A DNA stretch of 62,132 nucleotides, counting the filler, from Hausera hauseri (Eukaryota), in the NCBI GenBank assembly GCA_046269625.1. It is 12 parts of 12 records of this genome, joined end to end, with 100 filler letters (N's around TTAATTAATTAA, not from the genome) between each part and the next. Parts side by side here need not be neighbours in the genome. Positions count along the whole stretch, not along the records: positions 46,233 to 50,444 come from JBJURY010697548.1; positions 50,545 to 57,733 come from JBJURY010032113.1; positions 57,834 to 62,132 come from JBJURY010649330.1; 9 more parts are not named here. One strand, written 5' to 3'. The notes beneath the pieces were generated by a model. It searched no databases and was not told the DNA's origin. It saw only the letters and a list, made by a program, of their open reading frames with translations. Made by a program: the position numbers and the translations under genes. Positions 49,164 to 62,132 of the stretch are shown here, one piece after another; positions within the stretch are counted from its first letter, which is position 1; each line of letters starts with the position of its first letter.

Positions 49164-49330
49164 TTCCACAGAGTAGCCTCTGATTTTGACTATTGCCTTG
49201 TATCGACCACAGATTTCTAAACTACCATCCGATAGCAGGTAGGCCCGGTCTCCTGTACGATACATTGGATTTCTAGCTTTTGCATCCAATTATATATCTT
49301 GACTGTGTGGCAGGAGCCTCTTTTTATTTA
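49164..49330 (-). pseudogene. Adenylation (NRPS/AMP-binding) domain fragment cut by the Gypsy element
   Basis: MYRTGD (A7) and GRYKAIVKIRGYSVE (A8) motifs, ending at the element boundary. Confidence 0.75.
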
Positions 49331-50136
49331 AATCGGGCCTTTTCGAGTAACTAATAGCAAGAGTAGGTCTATATGCAAAGATTTGTCTCGTCATTCCCAC
49401 AGGCAAGTTTTAAATCTTCCTCCAGGTTATCGTTTAACGGATTTCTGAAGTGTAACAGGAAACAGGAAGTGTCCTGGGATGTATGAAAATTGTTGAAAAG
49501 GTCAACGGATTCGCAAAGATCTTGAATAAGCTCTGGATAGACATGTGAAAGATTTGGTTGGGAAAATTTTGCATTACGATAGGTTCTGGAGTGTGTTGAT
49601 TTAATGTAGGAATCGGTATAAGAGAAAGATAAATAAGAGAAGTCAGGTTCATTGGGAATTATTTCATTTATCGGACTGTTCGTGTCATTCATCGGCGGCT
49701 TGTGAGAGTCTCTGAATTGCATGTGAAAATGAATTCCCCGACGGAGTTTTATGTATCCGATGTGTGCTTGAATTTTAGACAACGGTTCGTACAGCTGATC
49801 AGCCCGTTGTGGTCGTATTAAGTCACTTGGCAGCATGCTACAACAGACCTCACCGACCCTAGGAATATCTGTGAAGGGGTCCCAATCGATACCATGTGCT
49901 GATCTCATGAAAGATCCGTTGGTGAAACCATTGACATGCGAGAAGTCGCCGACTGTCGAAGTACATTGCCTTATGGGTGATTCGGAGAAATTTAGCATTT
50001 CTCCGAATAACTAGTCGAAACTACTACAAAGTTCTTTAAGGTTTCCTCCGGATGATGGCTGCCGATATTCATGAGGTACCATTACATGTTGATTGTCTGG
50101 ATTAAGCCCAAGTGCTTTCTAACGAGGGGATTGTAT

Positions 50137-50444
50137 TTACCAAAGGGTCTGAAAGTAATGTAAATATTGCCATCGCGTTGCGGACAGAACTGTGACATGA
50201 TACAAAAAGTTATAGATGGCAAATTTCGGACAGTGCATTATTCTGATACGTCTCAAATTTGGCGTGGAATCCGATGGTGGTGCTGTTCCAGAATTTATAA
50301 CAGTCGCTTGCAGTTGTGGACAGTTTTCCAGCATGATACTTTTCAATCGCCGATTAACCACACCCTGTACCATGTCACTTATATCCAATATTGGTTTACT
50401 GTCCGTTTCACAAATGGTAAAATTTACTAGTTTCACAGCACCCT
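50137..50444 (-). pseudogene. Cys-containing LRR fragment
   Basis: LKSIMLENCPQL and PNLRRIRIMHCPKF repeats. Confidence 0.4.
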
Positions 50445-51137
50445 NNNNNNNNNNNNNNNNNNNNNNNNNNNNNNNNNNNNNNNNNNNNTTAATTAATTAA
50501 NNNNNNNNNNNNNNNNNNNNNNNNNNNNNNNNNNNNNNNNNNNNGGTATTTTGCCTGTGGTGACCAAGTTCTCCAGACCTTCTCTTCTTAAAATATGACC
50601 AATCATAGATGCTTGTCTCTTACCTAATGCTAATATCCTACAAAATCAACAACGAAGAAAGAAGACGACCTTGCAATGCCATCATATTTTTATTTTCTAA
50701 GTTCTAAAGTTGAGGTTTATATTAAAACTTACGTTTTAAAATCTAGAATTCCTATGTCAATCTATCCTCGACCCTCCACGGACACAAAATTGGGAACCTC
50801 TATTCTAGAGATATATATTTACCTCCCACGTCTGACCTGGCAAAGGTCATTATGAGCTTTGATGTAAGCTCTGCTTGGTCTTTGTTCAGATCTTGGGCCT
50901 ATTTATCTATTTCCTAACAATCAGATTCAGTTCTGTAAGGATCCTTTGCAGTCACTCAGACATTTACTTTGCAGTCTGTCTTTTGAAATTTCTTAATTAC
51001 AAGGACTGGACGGATCTTCCTGAAGGATGGTTATGTTTAATTCTATGAGGTGCAGTGCTGTTGTAAACTAATTTTTATTGGATGTTTTTCTTGCCTAAGG
51101 TTTCTTTATTTCTTTATTGCATCGAAAAACCATTGTT

Positions 51138-51470
51138 GGGGGCTCTGTGGTCTCGAGAAGACGGTCTTTGGATATTGGAGATCCAACGTTTAAATCCTCG
51201 AGGAAGCAATGACATTTTTTTTCTCTTATGGAGCTTACGATAGAAAAAAATACACTGAACTCTGGATAGTGAGACTGGACTCGGTGTTCCCGTGTGCATT
51301 GTCGTGCACGTTAAAAATCCTTTAACAGTTGGAGATGGAAGAAAGCAGGCCGTTGTCAAGAGAAATTCTAGAAAAAATGTACCTAAACCTCAGCAAAGCA
51401 ACGGAATTCGTGCACTAAGCTGACACCCTCATATCAAGAGGAGAATGGAGAACTCGGGGATATACATACT
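51138..51470 (+). mobile_element. SINE copy
   Basis: Shares GTGGTCTCGA head, CATTGTCGTGCACGTTAAAAATCC core and GAATGGAG...GGATATACAT tail with 55010-55387. Confidence 0.75.
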
Positions 51471-52007
51471 GATAGTCATTCCAGTTTAGCAGGCTGCGAT
51501 CGTTGGTTATGTAACCGTGACAATTTAATGCTAGATTTTCACCTCAACAGTCGTTCATATTTGTACGAAAACCAATGAATACACAACAAAACAGCAGACG
51601 TTAAACTCATTATACTTTGTGTGTATATCACTAGATGACAGCTCAAATCTCTCGGTTAACATCAACATTTTCCACACAAACGTTTGTGTCAGCATTCAGA
51701 CAAACACAATCAGTCAATCAAAACAGTAGCAAGTTGTTGGCATGTTCTGAAATATCATCTAAATCTTCTTATAATTTCCAATATGCGTTCTCAACTGGTA
51801 ACAGTCTTATTCTGAACATGGGGCGTTGTTACATACATACTAACTTTGTCTTTTTCCCCACGAAAAAGAAAATACGCGCAGTATAAAACTTCGCTTCTCC
51901 CAGTCTTTACTCTTCCAACATTTACGGCCGACTGCCAGGGTTTCTTCGTTAAACTCCCACCTTTTTAATGATCACTTTGTTTTCGCCGTGGACTGAGTGA
52001 GCTTTCT

Positions 52008-52221
52008 CCCCTGATCTCTGGGTAGTGAAATCGGACGTCCGTGTACATTGTTGTGCATGTTAAAAATCCCTTGACAGTTGAAAATCGAAAAAGAGCAGGC
52101 CTAACAGACGCTGTCTGGGAAAAAATTCTAGGAAACATCTACCACCAGGGCAGAAATGTAAACAGGCAATACTGCCTATTTCTCAACCCTGGTTAAATAA
52201 AGATCATATCTTATCTTATCT
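52008..52221 (+). mobile_element. SINE copy (5'-truncated) with AATAAA and (TCTTA)n tail
   Basis: CCCTGATCTCTGGGTAGTGAAATCGGACGTCCGTGTACATTGTTGTGCATGTTAAAAATCCC core. Confidence 0.75.
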
Positions 52222-55009
52222 CAGGCTCCAGCAACTCCTCAATTATATTTATATTCCTCGTCTTTGTAACTTTTGTGCTACTCCGCATATGCACGTCTGC
52301 GCTCTGCTGTTAGTCCCTTGCCTCTCCATACCTTATGCCATTACAACTGCTCACAAACAAAGACAACAATAGGGCGTCGATTATCCGAATTAACTGGGAG
52401 CTGGAGTGTTTCAAATAATAGAAATTCCACATAATCGAACAGCAAATAAAGCAAAGCATACGAATGACGTCATATGACTGTGCGCACTTAACGCTGTAAT
52501 TTAACGAGCAGAACAAGTTCTACGACACTGTACGACTTCATTTTGTTGAGGGAAGACATTGCTGATTTGTTGTTGTGATTTGCCAAACAAATTTGTATCA
52601 CTGACGTTTTGGGTAACTGCTTATAAGATTCGGATATTTGACGATGCGGTTAACTGATTTTTTTTATAATGTAAACAAATACATAAATTCTGGCACGCAT
52701 TCGGTCAAAGAAACCAGATGATGTGCCTTTTCCAGTATTAGGTCGGTATCACATAGCGTTTGAAAAATGGATCCGTATTGCCTTGTAAGGCAGGATGCAG
52801 TTTATGGATACCCAGACTCTGTGGGTACAATGCTTTAACATTCGAAATAAAGGGAAATAAATCAATGACAGTGATCTTTCCAGCAGCGTATTAGAGTTAC
52901 CGCACATGGAGATTGGACGCTTAAATATGACTGCTTATTTGCACAAAGGAAAGTAACGAAGAAATCTCATTTATAGTTGGTTCGAATATCCGTGGGCAGA
53001 CCAATACAACATATGTTGTTGTTTTTAAACTGCTCAAGCTCATATTAAACTAAAATTCAGCCTCAAGAATATATAGGAAACGCGATAGTCATCAAAGCTG
53101 AAAGTAGCCTCATTACGTCCTTACGTACCCACGTACGTTACTGCGCAACGATCCCAATATTAACGACTTTTTGTTAATTATTAGGCACAGTCTTTCTGTG
53201 TACACATTTTTTTCTGTTAACACCTTCATTCTCTTTTGCGCTGAAGTACACTGATAGTGCTAGAGCTGTATCCAAGACACCAGAATGAAGTTAATGTCTT
53301 TTCCATGTTCAAGTAGCACCCTGCACTTTTCCACAACTAGATTCACTCGGCCAGAGCTTACATCAAATATCAAAATAAGCTGTTTAGTTCTGCACTTGTT
53401 ACTCTGACGTCTAGATTCGTATATCGCAAAGATGCTCACTTGGGTGTGAGGTTTTTTTGCTAGCAGAAATGGCTAAGTATTCTTAGATGGTTTGTTTGAC
53501 CGTGTCTTTGAAGTTGGCGCAAGATGGTATGATCGCCTGACTATCTCTTGTCTTCTGGTTGTGCTGAGTTTGTGTAATCGATCTGAAGTATCTGTAAAAC
53601 ACTGATAACGACGCCGATAAAATGTAGAAAATGAAAATTACTTAATAATTTTCATTTTATTTTGACAGATCTCTGTACATACTGCTTTTGATACTTCCAC
53701 AAACATGGTCCTCGTCTGGCTTTATTTGGAGAGAAATACACGCCTATCGAGGTGGAGCTTGGGGTGCGTTCTGTTACGACTTGACAGAATACATTCCAAC
53801 ATGCGGATGGCAGCTAGTTCTTAAGACGCCTGTTATTTTCAGTAAAATTGAGGTAAGTTGTGGGATCAATATCATCATTAGCATAGTGTTTCTTTCCTTA
53901 AAGCTGTAATTTCCTAATGAGTCATGGGCAGCCTAAAAATCTATAAAATCACTGTTACTTAGTGGTGTGCAATCAAAAGAAGCAAGCAAAACACTGCCTT
54001 AGCAAGGATTTCTCATTTATTTCCAAACTGGAAACTACTTTTGACAACCGTGAACTTGTATAGGAGGCTATAGCTCGTTAAACAGGAAAAAAATAGGCGT
54101 GGCATTTCACTGGTTCGTAGAATTCACTTGCAAGCAAACCGAGCTAGCTATCAATGGAACACGAGCTGTTGAATACCTTCATGAAACTTTCTTTGAAAAA
54201 TAAGAACTGACGGCTTTTTGCGACGAAGAAGAGGAGGGTAGAGTTCAAATGCAAATAAGCGATCTTGTTTCCCAATAATGTTGCACAAAAATTTAATTCT
54301 GTATTTGTGTTTATAATTTGTCTATGCTTGATAGGAAAGCATGTTGCTAACACACACCTTGTATAATATGCGAACTGGTGGGCGAGAAGTGGTTCTATAC
54401 AGCACATAGTTATCATGATTCAGCCCAGGTAAGTACGCACGCCACTGCTCTTACTTATCCATGAAGCCTGGCAATCTTACTATGCTGTCTACAAGATCTG
54501 TTCAAACTTTCATGAGCCTTTCTTTCTATTTGGTTACATTTGCAACTAAACTCTATTTGTATCTGCCTCTACTTTTTGTACCAAGTATTATGTGGTCTTC
54601 ATTTTGTTCACTTTTTCCCTGTGTATTTTAGATTATTGCCTACCTAGTACAGCTTGTAGGGGATTTACAAAGTAAATGGCCTATTCATCTCCGGATTTTT
54701 GTGCAATGTTTTTTTCGACCGGACTTGGTTTCTTCCTAACTACTACTACTTGTTATCTATTTCATTCGCTGAACATAGGCCCACCACTGCATATCTCCAT
54801 TACTGAAGAGCTAATGTATTTGTCTTTAGCTCGGTCGGTGACCTATTTTTGCATTGATATATTTGTCAAGGGTCCCTCAGGTTGTTGATGGTATTCCCAC
54901 TCTTCTCTATCCATATAGGTTCCATTGTGAAACATCTTTGCTATGTTCTTTTGCTCTCTGCATTGTGTGTGGTCTTATCCGCTTCCATCTATCTGAAGAC
55001 TACAACTGT

Positions 55010-55387
55010 TAGTTTAGTTGTTTAGTTTAGGCTAAAAGTCGACAATTTCGCATAAGGATGTATATCCACACGTGCTCCATTCCCCTCAATTCTGGAGGAT
55101 CCCAGCTCTGTGTGCGTGCTCGGTGGCACTGGGAGGGCCTTATAGGTTGGGTAGATTTTTCGTAGAATTTTTCTAGTGCTGCGACCGTTAGGCCTGATCT
55201 TTTTTTTCAATGTCCAAATGGCAAAGGATTTTTAAAGCGCGCGACAATGGACACGAACGTCCCATGTCGGCACCTAGAGATCAGGGTAATTTTTCTACTG
55301 GAAGATCGAGGCGGAAAACCTTTGTTTCCGCAAGGCCCTCACTTGTATCACTCGAGGCGGACGGTTTACATCGAGACCACTGCGCCT
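55010..55387 (-). mobile_element. Near full-length SINE copy with (CTAAA)n-like tail
   Basis: The reverse complement reads GGCGCAGTGGTCTCGA...CCCTGATCTCTAGGT...CATTGTCGCGCGCTTTAAAAATCC...CAGGCCTAAC...CTAAACTAAAC. Confidence 0.75.
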
Positions 55388-55559
55388 CCCCCTCCCAAGA
55401 CTAGAACTGTGAAAATGAAGAAGTTCTTCACTATGGCATCAGGCGTCAAGGTCTGATAGCTGACAGTTAGAGGGAGATTTACCACCTCCCACCTAAATAA
55501 TTTTTCTGATGTTGTTTATCTTGTTCAGTCCGTAATAATTGGCTTTCAGTCATAACGTT

Positions 55560-55848
55560 GCTACACAAGTTTGTTGGAGATGGTCAGGACATATCAGAAG
55601 ATCTAACGGTCTTGCAGACACCATTTTGTAAAGCAAACTGACGGGCAAAGGAAACAGAAGAAATCAGAGCTGGCGGACGAAACTACGGCAACATAATTAA
55701 AAAAAAAAACCATAGGCGTAGCACAGAACGAAGCAAAGAACAGAGATGAATACAGAAATGTTGTTACGGGACCACTGAATGTGTCAGTATGGCTACCACA
55801 TGTTGCGGGAAATGATGATGATGTTGATATGATGCCGATGATGTTGAT
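55560..55848 (+). mobile_element. RTE-type LINE 3' end
   Basis: RWSGHIRRSNGLADTIL motif, NRDEYR and a (GAT)n tail. Confidence 0.65.
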
Positions 55849-56610
55849 TTGGGGTATTATACTGATTGTTTTTCATTTTCACAGAAACGTTAACAATACG
55901 TTGTTTAATTATTGTTATTATGTTATCTTAGTGTTTAAATAAAAATGCTGTATGTGTGCATTGATTAGGTCATGCAGGAGTGAAAGGGAATGAGAAAACA
56001 GGCGCAAGCAAAATAGCAATGGACAAGGTAGACATGGTGAATGTCTTGTGAGAAAGATAGATGTGGATTATGAAAAGCAGGAGAAAACTGTAAAACTGAG
56101 CACAACTGTAGGCTTATGTGTAAGAAAGGTTGATGGATGGACATGTATACTGGCAGGAAAGGCAAGAAAGAGTGAAATCAACAAGTGCCTGTTGATTATG
56201 GTATGGTGAGCGGAACAAGTATGAGAAAGTCCCCAGTGATGTGGTACCGGTTCCACTCGTATGGACGCTTTCTGTATTCTTCCTTTGGCGGTATTTCAAT
56301 AAGCACATTTGCATACAGCTTATTGTTGGATAACTGCTTGTTACAAAAGTCAAGTCTCAAGTACCTGTAGTTATTCATTGATGTAGCCTTGTTCATTCAA
56401 ACTTTCATGACACTGAGACGTATATGAAAATTACATATCAAATGATCTGCTATTAAAAGCAGATATCTTGACGCGGTCTGGCAACTTATGTACTCACCGC
56501 TAGAACTACGCCTGAGGAAATTTTACTCCTGATAGCACTAACCTAGCCATTGCTACAGAGTACGTGCACTGAGATCCAATATGGAGTAGAATGGAGTATT
56601 AATGAATATA

Positions 56611-56680
56611 CAGTCATACCTCTACTTACGTCGGGATTACATTCTGGCAGTTTTAAGGCATGTCGAACTGGACGTAAATA
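56611..56680 (+). mobile_element. Possible Tc1/pogo (Tigger-like) terminal inverted repeat remnant
   Basis: TA-CAGTCATACCTCTACTTACG; partner end not found. Confidence 0.3.
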
Positions 56681-56859
56681 AGCTATCCAAAATTAGTATT
56701 AAATAGCCCAATAGGAAGAGTGATTTTATTTGTAATAAGAGAGGAAACATGTTTTTAGATATATAATTTTGTGGTGTATATGTGATATAGCCGAGCTATA
56801 GTTTGGTAATTATGGCCCACATACTGTGTTCTTTTCTTCCGAATTATAGACGTGTTTGC

Positions 56860-57176
56860 GACTGGGCGTAAGACATGTGGACGCAGGTCGAAGAGTGAAT
56901 ATTGCAAAGGTGAAAGAACAGAGCCTGAAATGGTATAGCTACGTCACAAGATCAAAGAATCTTGCAAAACTATCTTGCAAGGCAATTTACCAGGTGGAAG
57001 AAAATATGGTCGACAAAAGAAAAGATGGGAGAATAATATCAAGGAAAGGCGAGACCTGACATTCAGCGTATCACAGAACACAGGAAAGAACAGAGACGAA
57101 TGGAGAGGTTCTTTGGGGATCATTGAATGTGCTCCAACGACCACCATAGTTGATGGGACTGATGATGATGATGATA
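56860..57176 (+). mobile_element. RTE-type LINE 3' end
   Basis: LKWYSYVTRSKNLAK, QGNLPGGRKYGRQKKRWENNIKE and NRDEWR, followed by (GAT)5. Confidence 0.75.
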
Positions 57177-57660
57177 TAAAGATGCGTGCGTGTGCGCGCG
57201 CGAAGACGTTATCCGTCGATTAGGCTAAACAAAACTGTTAGACCATGTTTTGGTTTATGTTTACAGGTTTGGGATTCGTTCTACACTACAGCTGACAATT
57301 ACGTCTTTACATTTACAAACCTAAGTTTCAGCGGTAATTTTAAGAAGAACAACAACTGCACAAACATGAACTTCTACGGACAGTTTGGGTATGTACACCT
57401 GTATGCTGAAGATCATGTCTCTGTGGTATTTTATGACGTCATTGTTGCTGGAATGAAGTATATAGAAGTATATACCGTATAGAAGTTGCAGGGTCCTGTG
57501 TCCCTAAATCTTTGAATACCCGACTTGGTAATCTGTACCCCCCTCCTCCAGCCGTAAATCCCAAAATTATAGATGGGACGAATCCTAAATTTTCTCCAAT
57601 CCGAATCCGAATTCTAAAAGTTTTTCTAGGAATAGAATAAAAAGAAGAAAAAAAAAAAAA

Positions 57661-57669
57661 ACACACACA

Positions 57670-57733
<64 letters not shown>
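57661..57733. repeat. (CA)n microsatellite at contig end
   Basis: About 36 AC units preceded by poly-A. Confidence 0.98.
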
Positions 57734-58266
57734 NNNNNNNNNNNNNNNNNNNNNNNNNNNNNNNNNNNNNNNNNNNNTTAATTAATTAANNNNNNNNNNN
57801 NNNNNNNNNNNNNNNNNNNNNNNNNNNNNNNNNTTTTTAATGACACCAAATTTAACTTCTTTGTTAATGTAAATTATTTATTGAGAAATATGTGTTTGTG
57901 GAGATCATGCTGTTATTCGAAGTAGGCGCTATATTATTTTCAAAATTTTTCATAACAAGGAAATGTCATACAAACAAACTTTAATGGCTTGCGTGAAACA
58001 AAGAAAAACATCAATACTGGACGGAAATTATGTTGGGAGGAGTTGAGTTATTTAGATTCTTTTGAATTATTGACGAACTTTGAACCATATTTATTACTTT
58101 GCAATTAAACATATAGTAAATTTAAAATAAATTTCGAAGCAGCGAAACTAACGCCGAAATTCTATACACAAATCATCTACTAAACTGCGACAAATCAAAC
58201 TAAAACTTTGCCGCAATGACTAAAATTTTAGATGTGCTAATTAATTTAGTCAACAGTAAATTTATG

Positions 58267-59608
58267 CAGGCCGTACCGTAAAAACCACGTTTTTGTCTCG
58301 TGTCTTATACAGAATTCCATGAATGAATGATTGAATGTAGTGTATACAGTAGGAAGTTAATAATAAATGATGTCTATCTATAAATTCAAATTTAAATGAC
58401 TTACCTAGTTACAGGCTGAAATTATAGCAGTAAAAATCATTAACTCGTTAAAATTAAGTCAGGTATTAAAATTAAAAATTGCCGCAATGAATTTGGAATG
58501 CACAAAGGAGAAATTATTTTTAACAGAGTCACTACGCCGGAATGGATTTAAAGCCATACGAATTCATGAAATTATAGAAAAAGCTTGGCCTGAACAGTCT
58601 CTCAACTTACGTCAAGTTCAGTCCATTTGCAAAGATTTTAAGGGTGGAAGGACAGTCAATTTCGAAAGGCGTGATGGTAGTGGTCATTCAAGAGGTGATA
58701 AGACTTGATAATGTAGAAACAGTTGGACGCATAATTCAGGAAGATAACAGACGAACAGTTGAAGGAATTGCTGATGAGCTAAACATTTCCCATACAATCT
58801 ATCAAAAAATCATTGGAGAAGACCTGATTTTACAGTGGAAACCCACAAAGGGGCTTTCTCATGTTCTGTCAAGCAGTAGGAAGATGCCATGATTTGTTAG
58901 ATGCCTTATCATCCAGAATCTGTCGTTTCAACCTAATAACGATTGATGGGAAATGGTTCTACTTTGGTATACGATTCTATGGAACACAATAAGATGTTGG
59001 TTACGCCAGGTGGAGATAAAAATGTTATTCAAACACATAGAAGATCGACGATGAAAAACAAGTTTATGGTGTGTTATTCTGTATCACAGAGGGATGCTCA
59101 TTTGCCATCACATGAAATTATGAATTCAGAAAAATTTGTTAAATTTTTGAGTCGTTTGGAAACATTCATGCTTCAGGTCCCTAATCCAATCCGTTTTGAA
59201 AACATGAGACTAATCAAAGATAATGCGCCTCCCATATCTGAACGGCCGCCATAGATTACGTTCAGGAAAGAAATGTACGTTTATTAAAACTATCTCCATA
59301 CTCCCCCAATTGTAACCTGTGTTACCGCTACATTTTCCATCGATTGGAAGCCAAAAGAAGTGCCAGTTTTCAACAAATGAATGATATTTCTGCTTTTTTG
59401 GATGAACAATTACCTTTATTCACAGAAAAGAATTGCATCGGTGTTAAAGGAGATGGAGACAGACTTACATAAGATCATCGAAAAACATAGTGTATATTTA
59501 TGACCACTTACGCTCATTGGGTATGTATATGATGTTTTATCTGTTTTCTAAAAAACAATAAAACCAATTTAATAAGACAAAAAACGCGCTTTCTTACTGT
59601 ATGGCCCG
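58267..59608 (+). mobile_element. Decayed mariner transposon with ~32-bp TIRs; transposase pseudogene at about 58487-59503
   Basis: Left TIR CAGGCCGTACCGTAAAAACCACGTTTTTGTCT versus right-end reverse complement CGGGCCATACAGTAAGAAAGCGCGTTTTTTGTCT, with TA on the right. Motifs ITIDGKWFY, IKDNAP and SPYSPNCNLC(Y)RY. The second-to-third Asp spacing is 104 nt, i.e. D34D after restoring one base. Confidence 0.88.
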
Positions 59609-62132
59609 TATTTAGAAATTAGAAGAAATCTAATATTTACTAAATAGTGATTATCAAATCCATTTAGAAGCCATAATTTTTAATTAAAATATGCCTAAAA
59701 ATGGAAAAATTTTTAGACAAATTTAACTAATTAGTAAACATTATATATATATAAGTACATAAATGCATGATGATCATTAATGATATTAAAAGCTAAGCTA
59801 AGCTAAAATTACACAATGAACTCTATCAAACATTACATTTTTTCGCTGTTCTTAGAACTATTGATTATGTAATTTCAATGTTATAGATGGTAGGTAATAA
59901 ATTTTATTCGCATTCCAAATTTGTTAATATTTTAAAGAAGCCAGCTGTTAACAAGGCAAATAATCATTTCAGTTACAAAAAACGCATCAAACGTGCGTTA
60001 CCCATTAAAGTTGTCAGTACTGATTGATCAATGACAGAAAAAATTGGTTTCCTCACGATAAATTTTCCTTTTTCGTGACTTTTCAACGAAACTGTTTCAT
60101 CTACCGATGATGTATTAAGGCAAATGAATTTGTCTATTGTTCGGTCAGGTTATCAACGATGTTGCTATCTTATTGTTGATACATCAATACAAATGAAATA
60201 AAAATTTGTCACATAATGAGTATGATATTTGGAAATTTTTTCTACTGTTTTTATTTTCTGATTATAAATTTGAAATTTGAAAACTGATATGCAATCAAAT
60301 AACCAAAACTAAATATACGATGTTAGTAGCGTTAAAATACATGTTCTCTCTCAAACCCCCGGGGTACCGTAACTCTGGAGCATTAATATATCGATTTCCA
60401 ATAAATCGATCATGCGTGGTGGCCGTTGTCACCTTAAAGGTTTCCATGGCAACCGATAATCGATCTAGCGTAAAAATCAAGATTTTGTAAAGATCGGTAA
60501 TAAACAGTACACCAATAGATTTTCGATCGCGTTGAGGTTCTAGTCGATAGTGCTTAAGTGTGTGCATCGAAATATTCAGTGCACTATTCGAAATTGGTGA
60601 AAATCAATAATATTGATATTCCGATAACTCCAAGATCGATTATTCGACCTTGAGAACAAGTCACATCTATTAAACAAAGTGTGCTCTATCTAACTTTGCA
60701 AACCATTTTTACATGGGTCAATTGGTTTTTGAATAATATCCAATCAAAATTAGTGGTGTAAAAGTCCCATAGTTTTTTCTGATCCAAAGTAGCAATAATC
60801 AAAAATTCTTCAAGCGTAGACAGATACGAAACCATACACGGAAAACCAGAATCCGGTTTTAGATATTCAAATAGTCGAATAATTAATACTAATATTAATA
60901 CTAATTAATATCGAATAATAATACTACATATAATTCAACGGGACTCTTTGTTTATTTAACTCAAGAAAGAGAAAATGTTAAGGTGATCAAGGTTGAAATT
61001 GTAAGATCTTTAAGCCTGGACAGATAGGAAACCATATGTGTTGTAAAATAGTGGTGAAACATGTGAGTCGTTAGTACCGCACCAGATTGATTTTTTTGTT
61101 GACTTAATTGAAAATAAATAAATACCTCTTAGTGGTGGAAAATCAATGTAAATAAAACGCAGGTTGATTTACTGTAAATAGAATGTGGACAGGAAAATAG
61201 TTGAATATTGGGATCAATTATGTATATGTAGAATAAATGTGGCAAATGCAATAGAAAAACAAACTATTTTAAAATTTCTTTTAAGCACTTTACCTGCAGA
61301 TATGTCAGGCATGGCATTTTCTAATGGATATCGGTACATAATCTTTCCAAGGTGGGTAGGTGGTTTTGAAACGAGACAGAAATGCCTTAGAAGCACGGGG
61401 ACGTAATCATAAATCTCGGAGACAAGGAATATAACACCAGAAAATACTGGTCTGTTTAAATTGTCTCACCACTCAAAGTTAATAAGGATAAATCCCCATT
61501 CTTTCTGTGCAGACGCATAAAAAAGAGAAATCAACTACTGCTGATGACAGAACCTTTAGTTTCACTCGTCCATCCACTTAGTGAGAAAGTCATAGCAAGA
61601 TATGTATGCATACACACGAAAACCACAAAGCACTAAACATGAAAACTACTGTGTGATGTCCCTTGGGTAGAAATGATTAGTCCCCCTAATAACTGGCAAT
61701 TGTTACGATTACAACTAAAATATCACATTACTTATGTAGCATTTGGTGAGTACTTTCTTTGGTTTGATAGAACAAACAGTACTCTGATTGTTCTAGGGGA
61801 ATCTAGTCTGCTTGATTAGTAAATTGTTATGTTGCCCATTAGTAGGAGTAAGTATTAGGAGATCCATTCAACATTCTTTTTTAATCATGCTTTTCCGTTC
61901 TCAGTAACAGTTTGAGACTTTCAGTTGTCCACATCTTTTCGTTTGTTTAGATTATCCTTCTTGGACACTCCTTTGTTGAAGGTACTACACTATGAGACAA
62001 CATGGCAGAAAGGCTTAATTTTTCGGCTACGATTGAGGGTTCGAAACACAGTAAAACTGTGGTTGACATGCCATTTTTCACAAGAATAACCAAATATGAA
62101 AACCAACCCCTGATCCCAGGGGTTGGTTTGGG

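Overview
This window is not one locus. It is 12 unrelated contigs joined by 100-bp artificial spacers (44 N + TTAATTAATTAA + 44 N), so gene neighbourhood only means something within a contig. Most of it is AT-rich animal DNA dense in mobile elements: two decayed protein-primed PolB (Polinton/adintovirus-like) genes, several Gypsy LTR elements, an intact spliced Harbinger transposase, a decayed mariner, a hAT MITE, RTE-type LINE ends and a tRNA-derived SINE family. There are also host genes or gene fragments (DHX15, ELOF1, NAA15, GTF3C3-like, GGT, dynein heavy chain, ASH1L, TRAF/MATH, an adenylation domain) and one Clostridia-like segment (efp + DUF5688-like gene) joined directly to eukaryotic DNA. 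The best candidate for an undescribed system is the uninterrupted 1328-aa ORF at 26303-30289. It holds a Gypsy-type integrase fused in frame to a signal peptide, three FN3-like modules, a Thr-rich stalk, a transmembrane helix, an unknown domain and a REXO4/ISG20-like DEDDh exonuclease fold that has lost its catalytic residues. All family assignments come from motif recognition by eye; no searches were run.
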